Origin: Marsupella aquatica
Taxonomy: Eukaryota; Plantae; Marchantiophyta
Direction of reading: 5' to 3'
Assembly (NCBI GenBank): GCA_973895155.1
Contig: OZ316896.1
Location: forward strand, 2,480,001 to 2,544,000
Length of the DNA stretch: 64,000 nt
The notes under the pieces were generated by a model. The model did no database searches. It was not told the origin of the DNA and saw only the letters and a list, made by a program, of their open reading frames with translations. Position numbers and translations under genes: made by a program. Of this stretch, positions 1 through 10,845 are shown piece by piece (position 1 is the stretch's first letter; every line of letters starts with the position of its first letter).

Positions 1-814
1 TACTTTTTTCACTTTTGGGTCGATGCTTTTGAATATGTTCTGTTCGGGGTTTTGTGAGAGTCGCTGGTGACAGTGAGGGTTTCGGTGGGGGATTGTGATT
101 TCTTTGTGTTTGATTTCGCTGTATAAGCCCGGTGATTCCAGCATTTAGCGGGTGCGGAGGTTGGGATTGCGGGCCGTGTTTCTGAAATTATCGATCTCTT
201 CTTTAGGGTTGCCTTACGGTTTTTCCTCGAACGTATTTGATGGCAGTCGAGGATTGTTTGGTAGCAGTCGAGAAATGGGTCTGGCATTTCTGTTGTTTCT
301 TTTCCTGTTTGTGGTGACCTATCGAGTCGGCTTCTCATGTTCATTAGGTTTATCATTTGAAATACAAATCTTTGTCTTCCTTTTTGGCAAAGGATGAGCC
401 CTGGCCTCTCCTCTCTGTACGTATAACAATCGTTATCAATTAACTTGTTACAGAGGGAGAAGCTGCATTGAGTGGACTACGTGGTGCTTTGAAGTGGGGG
501 AATTGCAGCTCGTGAAACACTGACTTCTCCTTCAAGACCAGGCGAAAATCTGAACATTGACCCAAAGCCAGCATCCTTCGGCGAGGTGCATTGTTGGCCC
601 GAGACTCGTTGCCTGAATTGACTTGAATGTTGTCGGCGGACCAGTGTGGGTCTTAGTTTACACATCGACGTGTGATTTCTGCTCGCCAACGAAAAATTGA
701 AGCTATGCGTATCTTAGTGTTTTGACTTTGTATTTTATTTTTATGCATGCAGGCACCGTTCTTCTCAGAGAGGACATTACAGACACTACAGAGGAGTAAT
801 TCCAGTGGAGCAAC

Positions 815-1111
815 ATGGACTGGCAGGGGCAAAAGCTTTCGGAGCAGCTCATGCAATACTTACTATTGACATCCGCTGGTGTGTCCTTTTTGACTGGATT
901 TTTCGTATCGTCTTATCGAATGATGCTTATCATCTATGTGGCTGGGGTATTCGTCACTTTTCTTGCCACAGTCCCTGAGTGGCCTTTTTACAACTATCAT
1001 ACCTTGGAATGGTCTGAGCCACCAACCACCGGCGCGCCCAGAAGCAAACTGCTGAGGTCAAGGCAGCAAGAAGCCGCCAAAAAACCAGCCAAGCCCGTTG
1101 CGAAAAGATAA
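815..1111 (+). CDS. SPCS1: Microsomal signal peptidase complex 12-kDa subunit (SPC12/SPCS1), single coding exon
   Basis: 98-aa ORF MDWQGQKLSEQLMQ, two hydrophobic helices, then VPEWPFYN..L.W, typical of the SPC12 family. Probable 5'UTR intron acceptor TGCAG near 753. Confidence 0.92.
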   Translation: MDWQGQKLSEQLMQYLLLTSAGVSFLTGFFVSSYRMMLIIYVAGVFVTFLATVPEWPFYNYHTLEWSEPPTTGAPRSKLLRSRQQEAAKKPAKPVAKR

Positions 1112-2628
1112 TACATCTGCCTTATTTGCGTTGCCGCCTTAGGGATGCAGCAGCGTGGTTTAGATATGAGCAATGACTGATTTTCCCATCATTCTACAAT
1201 ATGCCTGTGATTTCATTGATCTCAGATACCGTCCTCAAAGCTCAAATTTCGGATCGGCCTTCCAGTTCTGTAGATTTTTGGTCACATATTGTTTTCACAT
1301 TCATTCTGTAACTGTTGTCCTTGCTATTGATGCTCTGTTCAAAGCTTCTGCGTAGCTGGAGAGTATAGAAGTTGAACTGTACAGTGGAAAAGTCGGAAGC
1401 ATAGCGGTTCGGTGGGACATTCTTAGTAAGTGCATGATATTTGGAAACAAACGATGAGCATTAATTGGTGCTTTGAGCCGAGAAATTGATCTCTTTATGG
1501 CACACGGTCATGAAGGCAGTGTCCCTTTAAGCTCTGCCACGGCTTGTCTCTTGGAATGCGGAAGTTAAGTCTGACAATCTTACGTGGTAGTGGTTTCTTG
1601 TACCGTGGTAAGTGGTTTCTTGTACCGTTTCAAACGAAGGACCAGAGGGATTGCAGATCACAAATGATTATATGTTGTTGTACTCGTCCTCTCTCGTTCT
1701 ATTGGATTGCATTTTGTTACCGTAAGCAAGTACGCTAGGAGAGGGTTACACTGAATGTGACCATTGTGGACTCTGTTTGCTGGAACTATATTAGCGGTGG
1801 AAAACTGATATGTGCCGAATCGTACTGCTTATTGACTTCTACTAAGGAACTCTGGAACATCGAAGGTGTTCTGTAACACCGCCGGCTCTAAGATTGCGGT
1901 GCAAGTACTTATGTGTAGATTGTTCCAGCAGAAAGTGCCCTCCCAAGTAATGATATGAAGTAACTTCTATCCTTCGACTCACATAGCCCGAGCAAAGAAG
2001 TTCCCTTCATCCCTCAGACTCGTCACATTAGCTGATCCATGAGAACGCTGTTCTTCACGAGACTACGTTCAATTGAAATTGAACTAAATCCGCAGGTCTA
2101 GGGAGCCTCGATTGAAGCAGACCGTTGTGAATAGTCTGCCATTTAGATGTTGTCAACAAAATTGTTCTCATACATTCTGGGTGCAATAATGGGTACATGT
2201 CATGCCAGTTTTAAATACATCTGTAAACTTTCTTTTAAGTCAGTTACAGAACAGACCACTTTTGTCTTCAAGTCATCCAATTCTCAACAGGACTCTTCGA
2301 CTGGGGAACAGGGCTCCAAGAGTATTGATAGTCTAAACCTTTCCATGAGGTCATCGGTGCTCATTGGCAGTTCTTGTCCTGAAGGATTCCACGGGGGCTC
2401 AGAATAGCGGCATCTGATTTGAATGGATCAGTTCTACTGACTTGGAGGAAAGAACTGGTTCTTGCCGTAGTGTCACAGTCCTCAAGGGTGCTACACTGAG
2501 CCTCGATCACAAAGAAGTATCAACCCGAATCGCAGCGTCATGTAAAGCAAAGGCTGGATTGTATGCAAATGTCCAATGTACTCAATTGTTGGTGAGCGCA
2601 ATGATCATATACACAAGCACTTGATCTT

Positions 2629-2736
2629 TGTTTGGTGAAAGTGAATATGGATATCTGTATAGTCTGTATAATGGTACATATAGTGGTGCCAGGATGACCG
2701 GCTGATCCGGTCATCCGGTCAAGGTAGAGTCTAACA
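2629..2736 (-). repeat. 3' LTR of the copia element (108 bp)
   Basis: TGTTTGG...CTAACA, identical to 8412-8519; contains perfect hairpin GGATGACCGG-ctgat-CCGGTCATCC; followed by CTCCCCTTT (PPT on minus strand). Confidence 0.97.
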
Positions 2737-3048
2737 CTCCCCTTTGGATATATAGTGACAACTATATAGACAACATAGACTATACCTAAATTATATCATG
2801 TTCATAGGGGTACATGATATAAGTACAATCGAGGTAGACTGCCTCGTTAAAAAACCTTTATCAACTCTAGCTTAGTAAAAACTCTACCAGTGTAGTAGAG
2901 AAAAATATGAGTGCTAAAGGAAAAAGAGTGCAGCCTAACAATCCTCGTCGTAATAAATATCAATATAAAATAAAGTTAAATGCTATAGTAAATCTAGCTT
3001 TAACATTTGTTTCATCAGTCGATTGTCAACAGCATGTCGTCAGCATCA

Positions 3049-6000
3049 TCAAGTATCATGTGGAGTAGCAGCCTCCACGGTCATCATGCGTCGCACGCTC
3101 CGTAGTCCAATCGTCTGGCAGTGTCGGTGGTGAACTGATGGCGATAGTGATTTGGTGAAGAGATCCGCACAGTTGTCTGCACTTGAAATCTGCAAAATGT
3201 TGATCTCTTTTCCATGTAACTCGTGGGTGTAGAAAATGTTTGGAGCTATGTGCTTCACGCGATCGCCTTTGATGAATCCTTTCGTGATCTGCTGTATACA
3301 TGCTGCGTTATCCTCAAAAATGTTAGTAGGCTTCGTTAGTGGTGGTAGGCCGCATTTGGTGTTGATGTGGTTTATAAAGGATCGTAACCAAACAGCTTCA
3401 CGACTAGCCTCATGTAGAGCTAAGATTTCTGAGTGGTTCGATGAGGTTGCTGTTAGGGTCTGTTTCACGCTTTTCCAAGAAAAAGCGGTACCCCCTATGG
3501 TAAAAACATATCCAATTTGGGATTTTGCAGTATCAATGTCGGAGAGATATCCGGCATCCGCATATCCTATGAGTTCGTGGTTTGCACCGAATGGGTAAAA
3601 TAACCCTATATCGGTGGTGCCACGTAGATACCTAAATACGTGCTTAACTCCGTTCCAGTGTCTGGCTGTGGGAGTTGCACTATGTCTGGCTAGTAAGTTA
3701 ACTGCAAATGCAATGTCTGGTCTGGTCTGATTCGCTAGGTACATTAATGCTCCTATTGCAGAAAGGTATGGTGTTTCTAGTCCTAATAGTGGTTCATGTT
3801 CTTCGCGCTTGCGAAAAACATCAGTATTATTTTCTAATGAACGTACAACCATTGGTGACGTCAATGGGTGTGCTAGGTTCATATTGAATTGTTTTAGGAT
3901 CTTTTCAGTTTGTGTTGTCTGATGGAGCATCATGCCAGTGGGTAGGATCTCTAGTTGTAAGCCTAAGCAAAAGTTTGTATGTCCAAGGTCTTTCATCTCG
4001 AATGTGGATTTAAGACTAGTAATAGTATCTTCTGTCAATTGGGGTGTTCCAAATATATTTAAGTCATCAACATAAATAGAGACGATGACATATTGATCAT
4101 CCACATGTTTAATAAATAAACATGGTGTGATGGCATCATGGGAAAAACCCATGGCAATCATTTCATCAGTAAATCTTTGATACCATACTCTGCCACTTTG
4201 TTTCAGGCCATATAATGTCTTCAACACACGGATAGCTAGTCCGCGGCGAGTATTCCGTACGGTTGACACAACGGTGTCGTTATTATGAGTTATATGTGTA
4301 GATGACACCTGAGGTATAACTTGAGATAATTGTGTTATAATCTTATGTAAATATGGAATATGCGATTCAGCGCCTTGAGCTAAAGCTCGGCGTAGTTGCT
4401 CCAACTCAGGAGGTGATCGCATGTATAGACAAGTGTCTAAAGTTCCATATAGATATGCGGTCGCAACATCCAGTTGTCGCATTTGTAGTTTATGGAAAAT
4501 GGCAAATCCGATAAGATATCGGAATGTTGTGCTATCCATAACCGGTGAATAAGTTTCATCGTAATGAATTCCCGGTTGTTGGGTAAATCCTTTCCTTACC
4601 AGACGTGCTTTATAGCGTACAACTTGGCCTTTATCATTTCTTTTGCGGACAAATGTCCATTTGTAGCCAATTAGGTGTACGTCTTGTGGTGTTGGCTTGA
4701 CTGGGCCAAAAGTGTGTCTGTTGAGTAGGGAATCTAATTCTCCATTTATAGCTTTTTGCCATTCAGGCCAATCTGGTCTGTTTTGGCATTCTAAGATAGA
4801 TATTGGTTCGGGTGTATCGTCAGTAATATGTGTTGCCACCATTAATACAAAAGCATCATCTATTGAAGTAGTATTTCTATCCCACATCTCACCGGTGTGT
4901 GCGAAGTGGATAGAAATCTCTTCATGAGTTGTGAATTCGGTATGATCGACATCAGGTGAAGGTGGTATAGATGAACCACGCCTTCGTGGTTGTTTATCTT
5001 TTGATCCCAAGGGTCTACCTCGTTTTGCACGAGGTTGGGATGTACTTGCTGGCTCATTTGATAATTCGATGCGAGCAGGTGCTCTCGCAGCTGGAATATG
5101 TGAGCGGCTAACTTGGGATGTATCGACGAAAGTGTCGGGAAGTTCTTCCACAATCTTGTGGAGTTGTAAAATTCTTTGAACTTCTTTCTCCCCTTGATTC
5201 GTTCTAAGGTCTTGCCAAAATGGTGAGGGTCGTTCCCACTCCAAAGGTGGTTGTGGGTGTTTAGGCGTTATTAATGGTGGGTAAATGTGTTCGTCAAAAT
5301 GGCAATCTAGAAATCTGGCTTTAAAAACATCGCCAGTTGTGGGCTCCATATATCGGATTATGGACGGTGAGTCGAATCCGATGTATATCCTCAACTGTCG
5401 TTGGGGTCCCATCTTGGTTCGTTTGGGTGGAGTAATAGGGACCATTACTTGACATCCAAATGAACGAAGATGTGATAGGTTAGGTTTAATACCATTAGCA
5501 ATTTGGTATGGGCTGTAGGTATTAAAGGCCGATGGGCGGTATTGGATTAATGCATTAGCCTGTAATATGGCGTGTCCCCATGCTGAGACGGGGAGTTTTG
5601 ACTGCATTACTAATGGGCGTGCAATTAACTGGAGGCATTTGATGACCGCTTCAGCTAATCCATTCTGGAAATGCACGTGGGGTACAGGATATTGTACGTC
5701 TATGCCAAGTGATGTGCAAAAGTCATCAAATGTTTTAGATGTGAATTCCCCTGCATTGTCTACCCTTAGTGTCTTAATGGGGTGATTTGGGAATTGTGCT
5801 TTCACGCGCAAGATTTGCGCCAAAATGCGAGGTATTACCATGTTCCTCGTTGAAAGCAAGGTCACATTTGACCATTTGGTTGATGCGTCAATTAAAACCA
5901 TAAAGTAGCGGAAAGGTCCGCTTGGTGGGTTAATTGGCCCGCAGACATCAGCATGGATTATTTCCAAGAATTGGGGTATTTTAGTTGGCAATTTTGATGC

Positions 6001-6783
6001 CGTGGGCCTTGTTATTAACTTGCCGCGTGAGCATGCAGTGCATGGAGTGCTCACTGGGATGTGGCGTGTATTGATTGGAATGCCACTTGAATTCTTAATG
6101 ATTTTTGTTAGCATTGATTGGCCGGGGTGGCCGAGGCGTGCATGCCATAGCGCATGCAATTCGCTTGTATTGGCGTTGTTATGCAGGCATTCAATTTGTG
6201 TTATGTAAAACCCGCAGGGATACGAGAAAAGTGTCTCTTTAATTATTTTCCCCTTAAGGGTGTTTTCAACCAAGTGAATGACCTCTTGGTCTCTGGTATC
6301 GCCCGTTTGGACATGTAGCCCATTTGCTCGTATATCTCTAAAGCTAAGGAGATTACGAGTTGCGTTTGGGGCGAAAATGGCAGATTCTATGTGTATTTCA
6401 GTACCCTGCGGGAGTCTAATAGAGGCCGGGCCGAAGCCCTCTTCTATTTGACTAGGACCATTTATAGTGGTCAGGGATCTACGTGAGGGTGTAATTTTGT
6501 GGAAAAGGTGCCTATCCCTGAGGATAGTGTGTGTGGTCGCACTGTCGATAATACATGTGCTTGGGCTATTTAAATCTGGTGTAGTGGAGCTACTTGCCAC
6601 TAAGTGTGCCTCTAGTTGGGCAGGTAGGTCTGAAAAGTCTTGGAATGGGTCGCTAGACTCCATAAACGCCCCGTGGGTTTCACGGGGTGGTGGTCTTGAG
6701 GTTTGTCTATCCTGGATGGACCGTTGATATAAATCTCTAAGATGTTGCGGGATTCTACAGTTTCTCGCGAGGTGGTTTGTCAT
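3049..6783 (-). CDS. Copia Pol polyprotein (partial zinc knuckle, protease, GAG-pre-integrase, integrase, RT, RNase H)
   Basis: 1244-aa uninterrupted ORF: IIDSATTH (protease), WHARLGHP..CTAC (IN Zn finger), DVCGP/DNAGEF/NGLAE (rve), YKARLV, LYGLKQSGR, YVDD (RT), GYADA...FEDN..ADLFTK (RNase H). Confidence 0.96.
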   Translation of the reverse strand: MTNHLARNCRIPQHLRDLYQRSIQDRQTSRPPPRETHGAFMESSDPFQDFSDLPAQLEAHLVASSSTTPDLNSPSTCIIDSATTHTILRDRHLFHKITPSRRSLTTINGPSQIEEGFGPASIRLPQGTEIHIESAIFAPNATRNLLSFRDIRANGLHVQTGDTRDQEVIHLVENTLKGKIIKETLFSYPCGFYITQIECLHNNANTSELHALWHARLGHPGQSMLTKIIKNSSGIPINTRHIPVSTPCTACSRGKLITRPTASKLPTKIPQFLEIIHADVCGPINPPSGPFRYFMVLIDASTKWSNVTLLSTRNMVIPRILAQILRVKAQFPNHPIKTLRVDNAGEFTSKTFDDFCTSLGIDVQYPVPHVHFQNGLAEAVIKCLQLIARPLVMQSKLPVSAWGHAILQANALIQYRPSAFNTYSPYQIANGIKPNLSHLRSFGCQVMVPITPPKRTKMGPQRQLRIYIGFDSPSIIRYMEPTTGDVFKARFLDCHFDEHIYPPLITPKHPQPPLEWERPSPFWQDLRTNQGEKEVQRILQLHKIVEELPDTFVDTSQVSRSHIPAARAPARIELSNEPASTSQPRAKRGRPLGSKDKQPRRRGSSIPPSPDVDHTEFTTHEEISIHFAHTGEMWDRNTTSIDDAFVLMVATHITDDTPEPISILECQNRPDWPEWQKAINGELDSLLNRHTFGPVKPTPQDVHLIGYKWTFVRKRNDKGQVVRYKARLVRKGFTQQPGIHYDETYSPVMDSTTFRYLIGFAIFHKLQMRQLDVATAYLYGTLDTCLYMRSPPELEQLRRALAQGAESHIPYLHKIITQLSQVIPQVSSTHITHNNDTVVSTVRNTRRGLAIRVLKTLYGLKQSGRVWYQRFTDEMIAMGFSHDAITPCLFIKHVDDQYVIVSIYVDDLNIFGTPQLTEDTITSLKSTFEMKDLGHTNFCLGLQLEILPTGMMLHQTTQTEKILKQFNMNLAHPLTSPMVVRSLENNTDVFRKREEHEPLLGLETPYLSAIGALMYLANQTRPDIAFAVNLLARHSATPTARHWNGVKHVFRYLRGTTDIGLFYPFGANHELIGYADAGYLSDIDTAKSQIGYVFTIGGTAFSWKSVKQTLTATSSNHSEILALHEASREAVWLRSFINHINTKCGLPPLTKPTNIFEDNAACIQQITKGFIKGDRVKHIAPNIFYTHELHGKEINILQISSADNCADLFTKSLSPSVHHRHCQTIGLRSVRRMMTVEAATPHDT

Positions 6784-8397
6784 GCCACATTCATGGCATT
6801 TCGGTCATTCCCGTTGTTGTCGGGGTTGTGACCGATCATTCCTACGGTTGTTGTTGTATGGTCTACCACCACCGCGTCCGCCGTGTCCATCGCGTCCTCC
6901 ACGTCCTCCGCGTCCTCCACGTCCACTAAAGGACCGTCTGGAATTGTGTTGTGGGCGTTGGTTAAAGAAACTCCCCCTGTTGGGGTTGTTTCTATGGTTT
7001 ATGTTTACTCTTGCATTGGTTAGGTGCATATGCAGCTTTGTAAAGTAAATTTCCTTTGTTACGGAATGCACGTAAGGAGGTTTTGCGGTTATATTGCAGT
7101 TATGGGGCGTGCACTTAGCGGTTTTCGTTCGGGCTCGACGTTCTCTCGTTGTTTTGAGCTTTGATGTTGCGCTTGCTCCCCTCGGGTTGCCTCCTCGCGC
7201 GACCTTATCGGTGCTTCACTCGTTTCAGATTCCCCTTACAATGCAGGGCTTCTCCTTTTTCTCTTTACTTCTCGTTCTCTTATGGCAGTGTCCTTATCTG
7301 CTTCGCTCTTTCGAATCTCAGTGGCTCCTTCGAATCTCAGTGGCTCCGATCTTTTTCTCAAGAACATCTAAGGTACGTCTCCAACCATGCTCAACTCATA
7401 GCCACGAGCAGAAGTGATCTGAATTCTACTCGATCCGCTCAGTTTTCAATGCTCTCCTTATTGTCTTCTTTTCTTTCTTTGGCATTAGCTATCCTTAGTG
7501 GTTGGGTCGATCGGACCCATGCTGCGTCCTCGCGAGCTTTCTCTTCTCTTCTTTCTTTCGATGATTGATCTGTGGATTCGTTTCCCTTATCTCCTTTCAA
7601 TTTTTGAAAGATTTTATGGCCTCATTGTTTCTTATCATTCTCTGCTCCTCCTCGGCGCTCGTTTTTCGGTGGGTCTTATCCAAAGGCAAACTATCGCGAT
7701 TTTGTGGCCGGCTGTCTCGTCTGATGTGAGTTGCAGACATTTATGGAATTCGAGTTGTCGAGGTCTCGAGGGTTAAAAGATTTACTCTCGATCCTCTTTA
7801 CTCTCGATCCTCACTGTGCGCTTCTCGTAAGTGTAAACCGAGATTCATGTTCTCCATCTCCATTCGTGCTCTCTCTTCCATTCGGCATTCAGGAAAATTT
7901 CTCAAATCTTCCATCGTCTAATCTCTCTCTGTTTGCACGCTATCGCCGTCGCCATCGATTCGCTATTCCATTCGGCATAAAAAAAATTCTCAATCTCTCG
8001 TAGGCTTTCCAAAGTTTCTCCGCTTCTTTTCCTCTCTCGATCGCTGCCAGCGTTTGGTCCGACGTCTCTTTCGGCCCTCTCTATTCTCTTTCGAGAATTG
8101 AATGTGTGACTTTGGGCCTGGCTCCGTGTTCTACCGATGCCCTTACGAATCTCCTTGCATTCTCTCTCGCTCACTCATTCTCTCATCTCCTTCCTGCATA
8201 CGGCCTTCTGCCTTGTGATGTCCTTATGAATTGACGATTTTTCCTAAGGGAAAAAAAACGAGACCCATGGTCAATTGCTGTCGAAAGCTGCACGCTTCCT
8301 TCCGATCTCTTATTCGTCTTACTCAATCATTACTCAATTCGCCATGGCTCTTCGAAAAAAATAAAATCTTAGCCTCCTTGCTCAGCCTCGGTGAGTC

Positions 8398-8411
8398 TCG
8401 TGCTGATAACG
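8398..8411 (-). promoter_or_regulatory. Primer-binding site, half-tRNA type (anticodon arm of tRNA-Ile)
   Basis: Minus strand CGTTATCAGCACGA directly after the 5' LTR. The plus strand TCGTGCTGATAACG matches my recollection of the plant tRNA-Ile(AAU) anticodon arm TCGTGCTAATAACG, with G at the inosine-34 position. Confidence 0.75.
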
Positions 8412-8519
8412 TGTTTGGTGAAAGTGAATATGGATATCTGTATAGTCTGTATAATGGTACATATAGTGGTGCCAGGATGACCGGCTGATCCGGTCATCCG
8501 GTCAAGGTAGAGTCTAACA
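8412..8519 (-). repeat. 5' LTR of the copia element (108 bp)
   Basis: Identical to 2629-2736 and followed by TSD ATCTT. Confidence 0.97.
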
Positions 8520-10707
8520 ATCTTTTGTTTTTACCATCATAAGACAATTTTTGTAGATATGGCTGAAGGAGCAAAGACTTGCGAGGCTAGCATCGTGAGT
8601 TGTGACAAGCCTGTCTCGGCCTTGTCCAGCTCTTCTGCAATAAATCAGCAACAATAATCCATTCGAGGTTGCTTTATATGAATGCTTTAATATCCCAACC
8701 ACACAAGTGAAAGGCCCCAGGTGCTCATATAAAATGGCCCCTTCCCTGCCCATGCCGTAAAAGGTGCGGAGCTGACCAGTTGTGATCTCGCAATTTTGGG
8801 AGCTCGTTTTCTTTCTTTTCATTGTACTTTGGTTTTTATCCCAAATTTTGAAGCTTTGAGAACTCCCTAATGGGACAATGTGAAATTTCTCTGCATCTTT
8901 TGAGAATACTGTACTATACACCTGCTCTACACATTCTCAACTTCTTGTGCTTAGGAATGGTGCAAATGATCATGTACATAAATTCAGAGACCCATCTGAA
9001 CTGGCTAGAAGACTAATTCCCCAATTGTCAACGCCTGCAATTGACAGAACTTGATATCATTACTGCCCATCCACTAACCCAAACCAAGTACCTGCTGAGC
9101 AAGCTTAACTCCGCTGTGACCTACCCTCAATTGCCGCCTGCCAAAAGTGTGCCCACTCTACACCCCACTACCCACCTTTGCTTCATCAATGTTGACTTCC
9201 ACGACCCAACTGCACACATGCTACTTTCTTGTACTTACAGATATTAGTGTCCGGGTTTTGTCTTTTTAGTCCGGGCGGCTAACGGCACCCTGTGACGAAG
9301 AAGGCGCTACAAATATTCATTATTCAATTTTCTTAGATTCATTTCTGACCATGACATTACTTACATCTAAGCCTGAGTGCCTGACGGTCAGATTCTGGCT
9401 ATGGGGTCTACAGGGAAACTTATTGGCAAATGAAAGAAGAAAACCTACAGTGGCTAACTTCTGCCAAAAGTGGCTAAGACCTCTCACATGTTGAGTCTAG
9501 CAAATTTTCACTAAAAGAAACGTGCTCCGTGCGCTTGGCATAGGTCAATCAACTACTCTAGACGATGGTTCCTTTAGTCACCAACTAACATGAGTTGTGG
9601 CTCCAAATGTTTGATAAACGAGCAGGTGTCACCTCTGGAGAAACGCGGGTCCCAAATAGGCATAACTTAGGACTAGGTAGTATTTACTTCTTACTTGAGT
9701 GACCATTTTTGACGAAATGAAAATTCAAAGGAATTTTGAAGGACGAGCATAACAAAAGGAGGTCAACGTCCAAGAAGAATCACGGTGACATTAGTTTCAC
9801 GCAATCATATCTATTGGGACCCCCGAATAAGACAACATGAAACAGTAAATAATAATACACTTGGGGTGGGGTGGACCTGGACAGCCCCAAGACGAAATAG
9901 TCCTAGCAGATGAAAAATGTCCTAGTATCACACCTTCAAGTAAATCAAAACCTAGCAACCACAAAGGCCAGCCCCAAATCTAATTTTCCACAAATCAGTG
10001 TTTATGGCCCCTCCCAACCAGCAGTCCTGCACCGTCATCCGAACCTGAGGCTTCCAGGGGTGAAAGCATCTCCAACTGTGATGCATTCTTCTCAGTATCT
10101 GCTACACCAATTTTGGGTGGGTTGGTACCAGCTAATTTTTAAGGTTTTTTTGTTTTAGCCAATGTGACAACTGTCAGCACCTTTAAGGGAGGAGATGCTA
10201 AGAATATTCTTTATCAGTTATTACTGAATTATATCTTGACCATCAAATATCCCTAGATTTACTTATGATTGTTAGATTCTAACAAATGGGATCCATGATT
10301 TGGTGAGAAAATAAGAGTAATTACTCTAAAGTAAGAGTAATTACTCTATTACTTTCTCACCAAAGTAATTAAGTAAATGAACTTCCATGAAAACGGGCAT
10401 GAAAATGCAAACCAAGATTTTTGGGGAGGACTTTAGTAAGATAAATTTATGTCATAGGGAATGAGAGAAGTCGCTGTGCGCAGTCCTCTTCCAAAATGAG
10501 AAATATATGACTGGTCCTCTTTGAATGATGGCCATACATGTTGCCATATGAAACACAATGGCCATTGGGGTCTCTTTACAAGATGTCAGGTGCCCATTGC
10601 GGTTTTTGTATTCTCTCTGAAATTAAATCCTGGACAGTATAATGAATGGAAATGGTTGCACTTGGCTTTACAAGAACATTAGGGACAATTAAAGTATGGT
10701 GTCTAGT

Positions 10708-10845
10708 GCCCAGAGAGGCATGACTTTGTGGTAGCTCACCTGAATAGAGACTGATAGATCTTAGGTTCAACAATTGTGACTGACTCTTCCCTTTTTGTGA
10801 GGTTTCACAGATTTAGAAAACTATAAAAAAAAATAGTCAAAAACC
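10708..10845 (+). mobile_element. SINE copy 1 (tRNA-derived-like)
   Basis: GCCCAGAGAGGCATGACTTTGTGGTAGCTCA...GGTTCAA...TTTCACAGATTT plus A-rich tail; TSD AAAGTATGGTGTCTAGT at 10691-10707 and 10846-10862; homologous to 38581 and 46776. Confidence 0.85.

Larger units (their letters stand above)
2629..8519 (-). mobile_element. Full-length Ty1/copia LTR retrotransposon (Bianca-like), very recent insertion
   Basis: Identical 108-bp TG...CA LTRs at 2629-2736 and 8412-8519; 5-bp TSD ATCTT (2624-2628 and 8520-8524); PPT next to the left LTR; PBS next to the right LTR; PR-IN-RT-RH domain order. Confidence 0.97.

Noticed and set aside
7094-8488. Antisense hydrophobic ORFs as an env-like or extra gene of the copia element
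   Set aside because: They are short, overlap in different frames and mostly lack ATG starts; the CT-rich composition explains them.
10708-10845. tRNA gene
   Set aside because: It has A/B-box-like motifs but no cloverleaf; the tail and TSD indicate a SINE.
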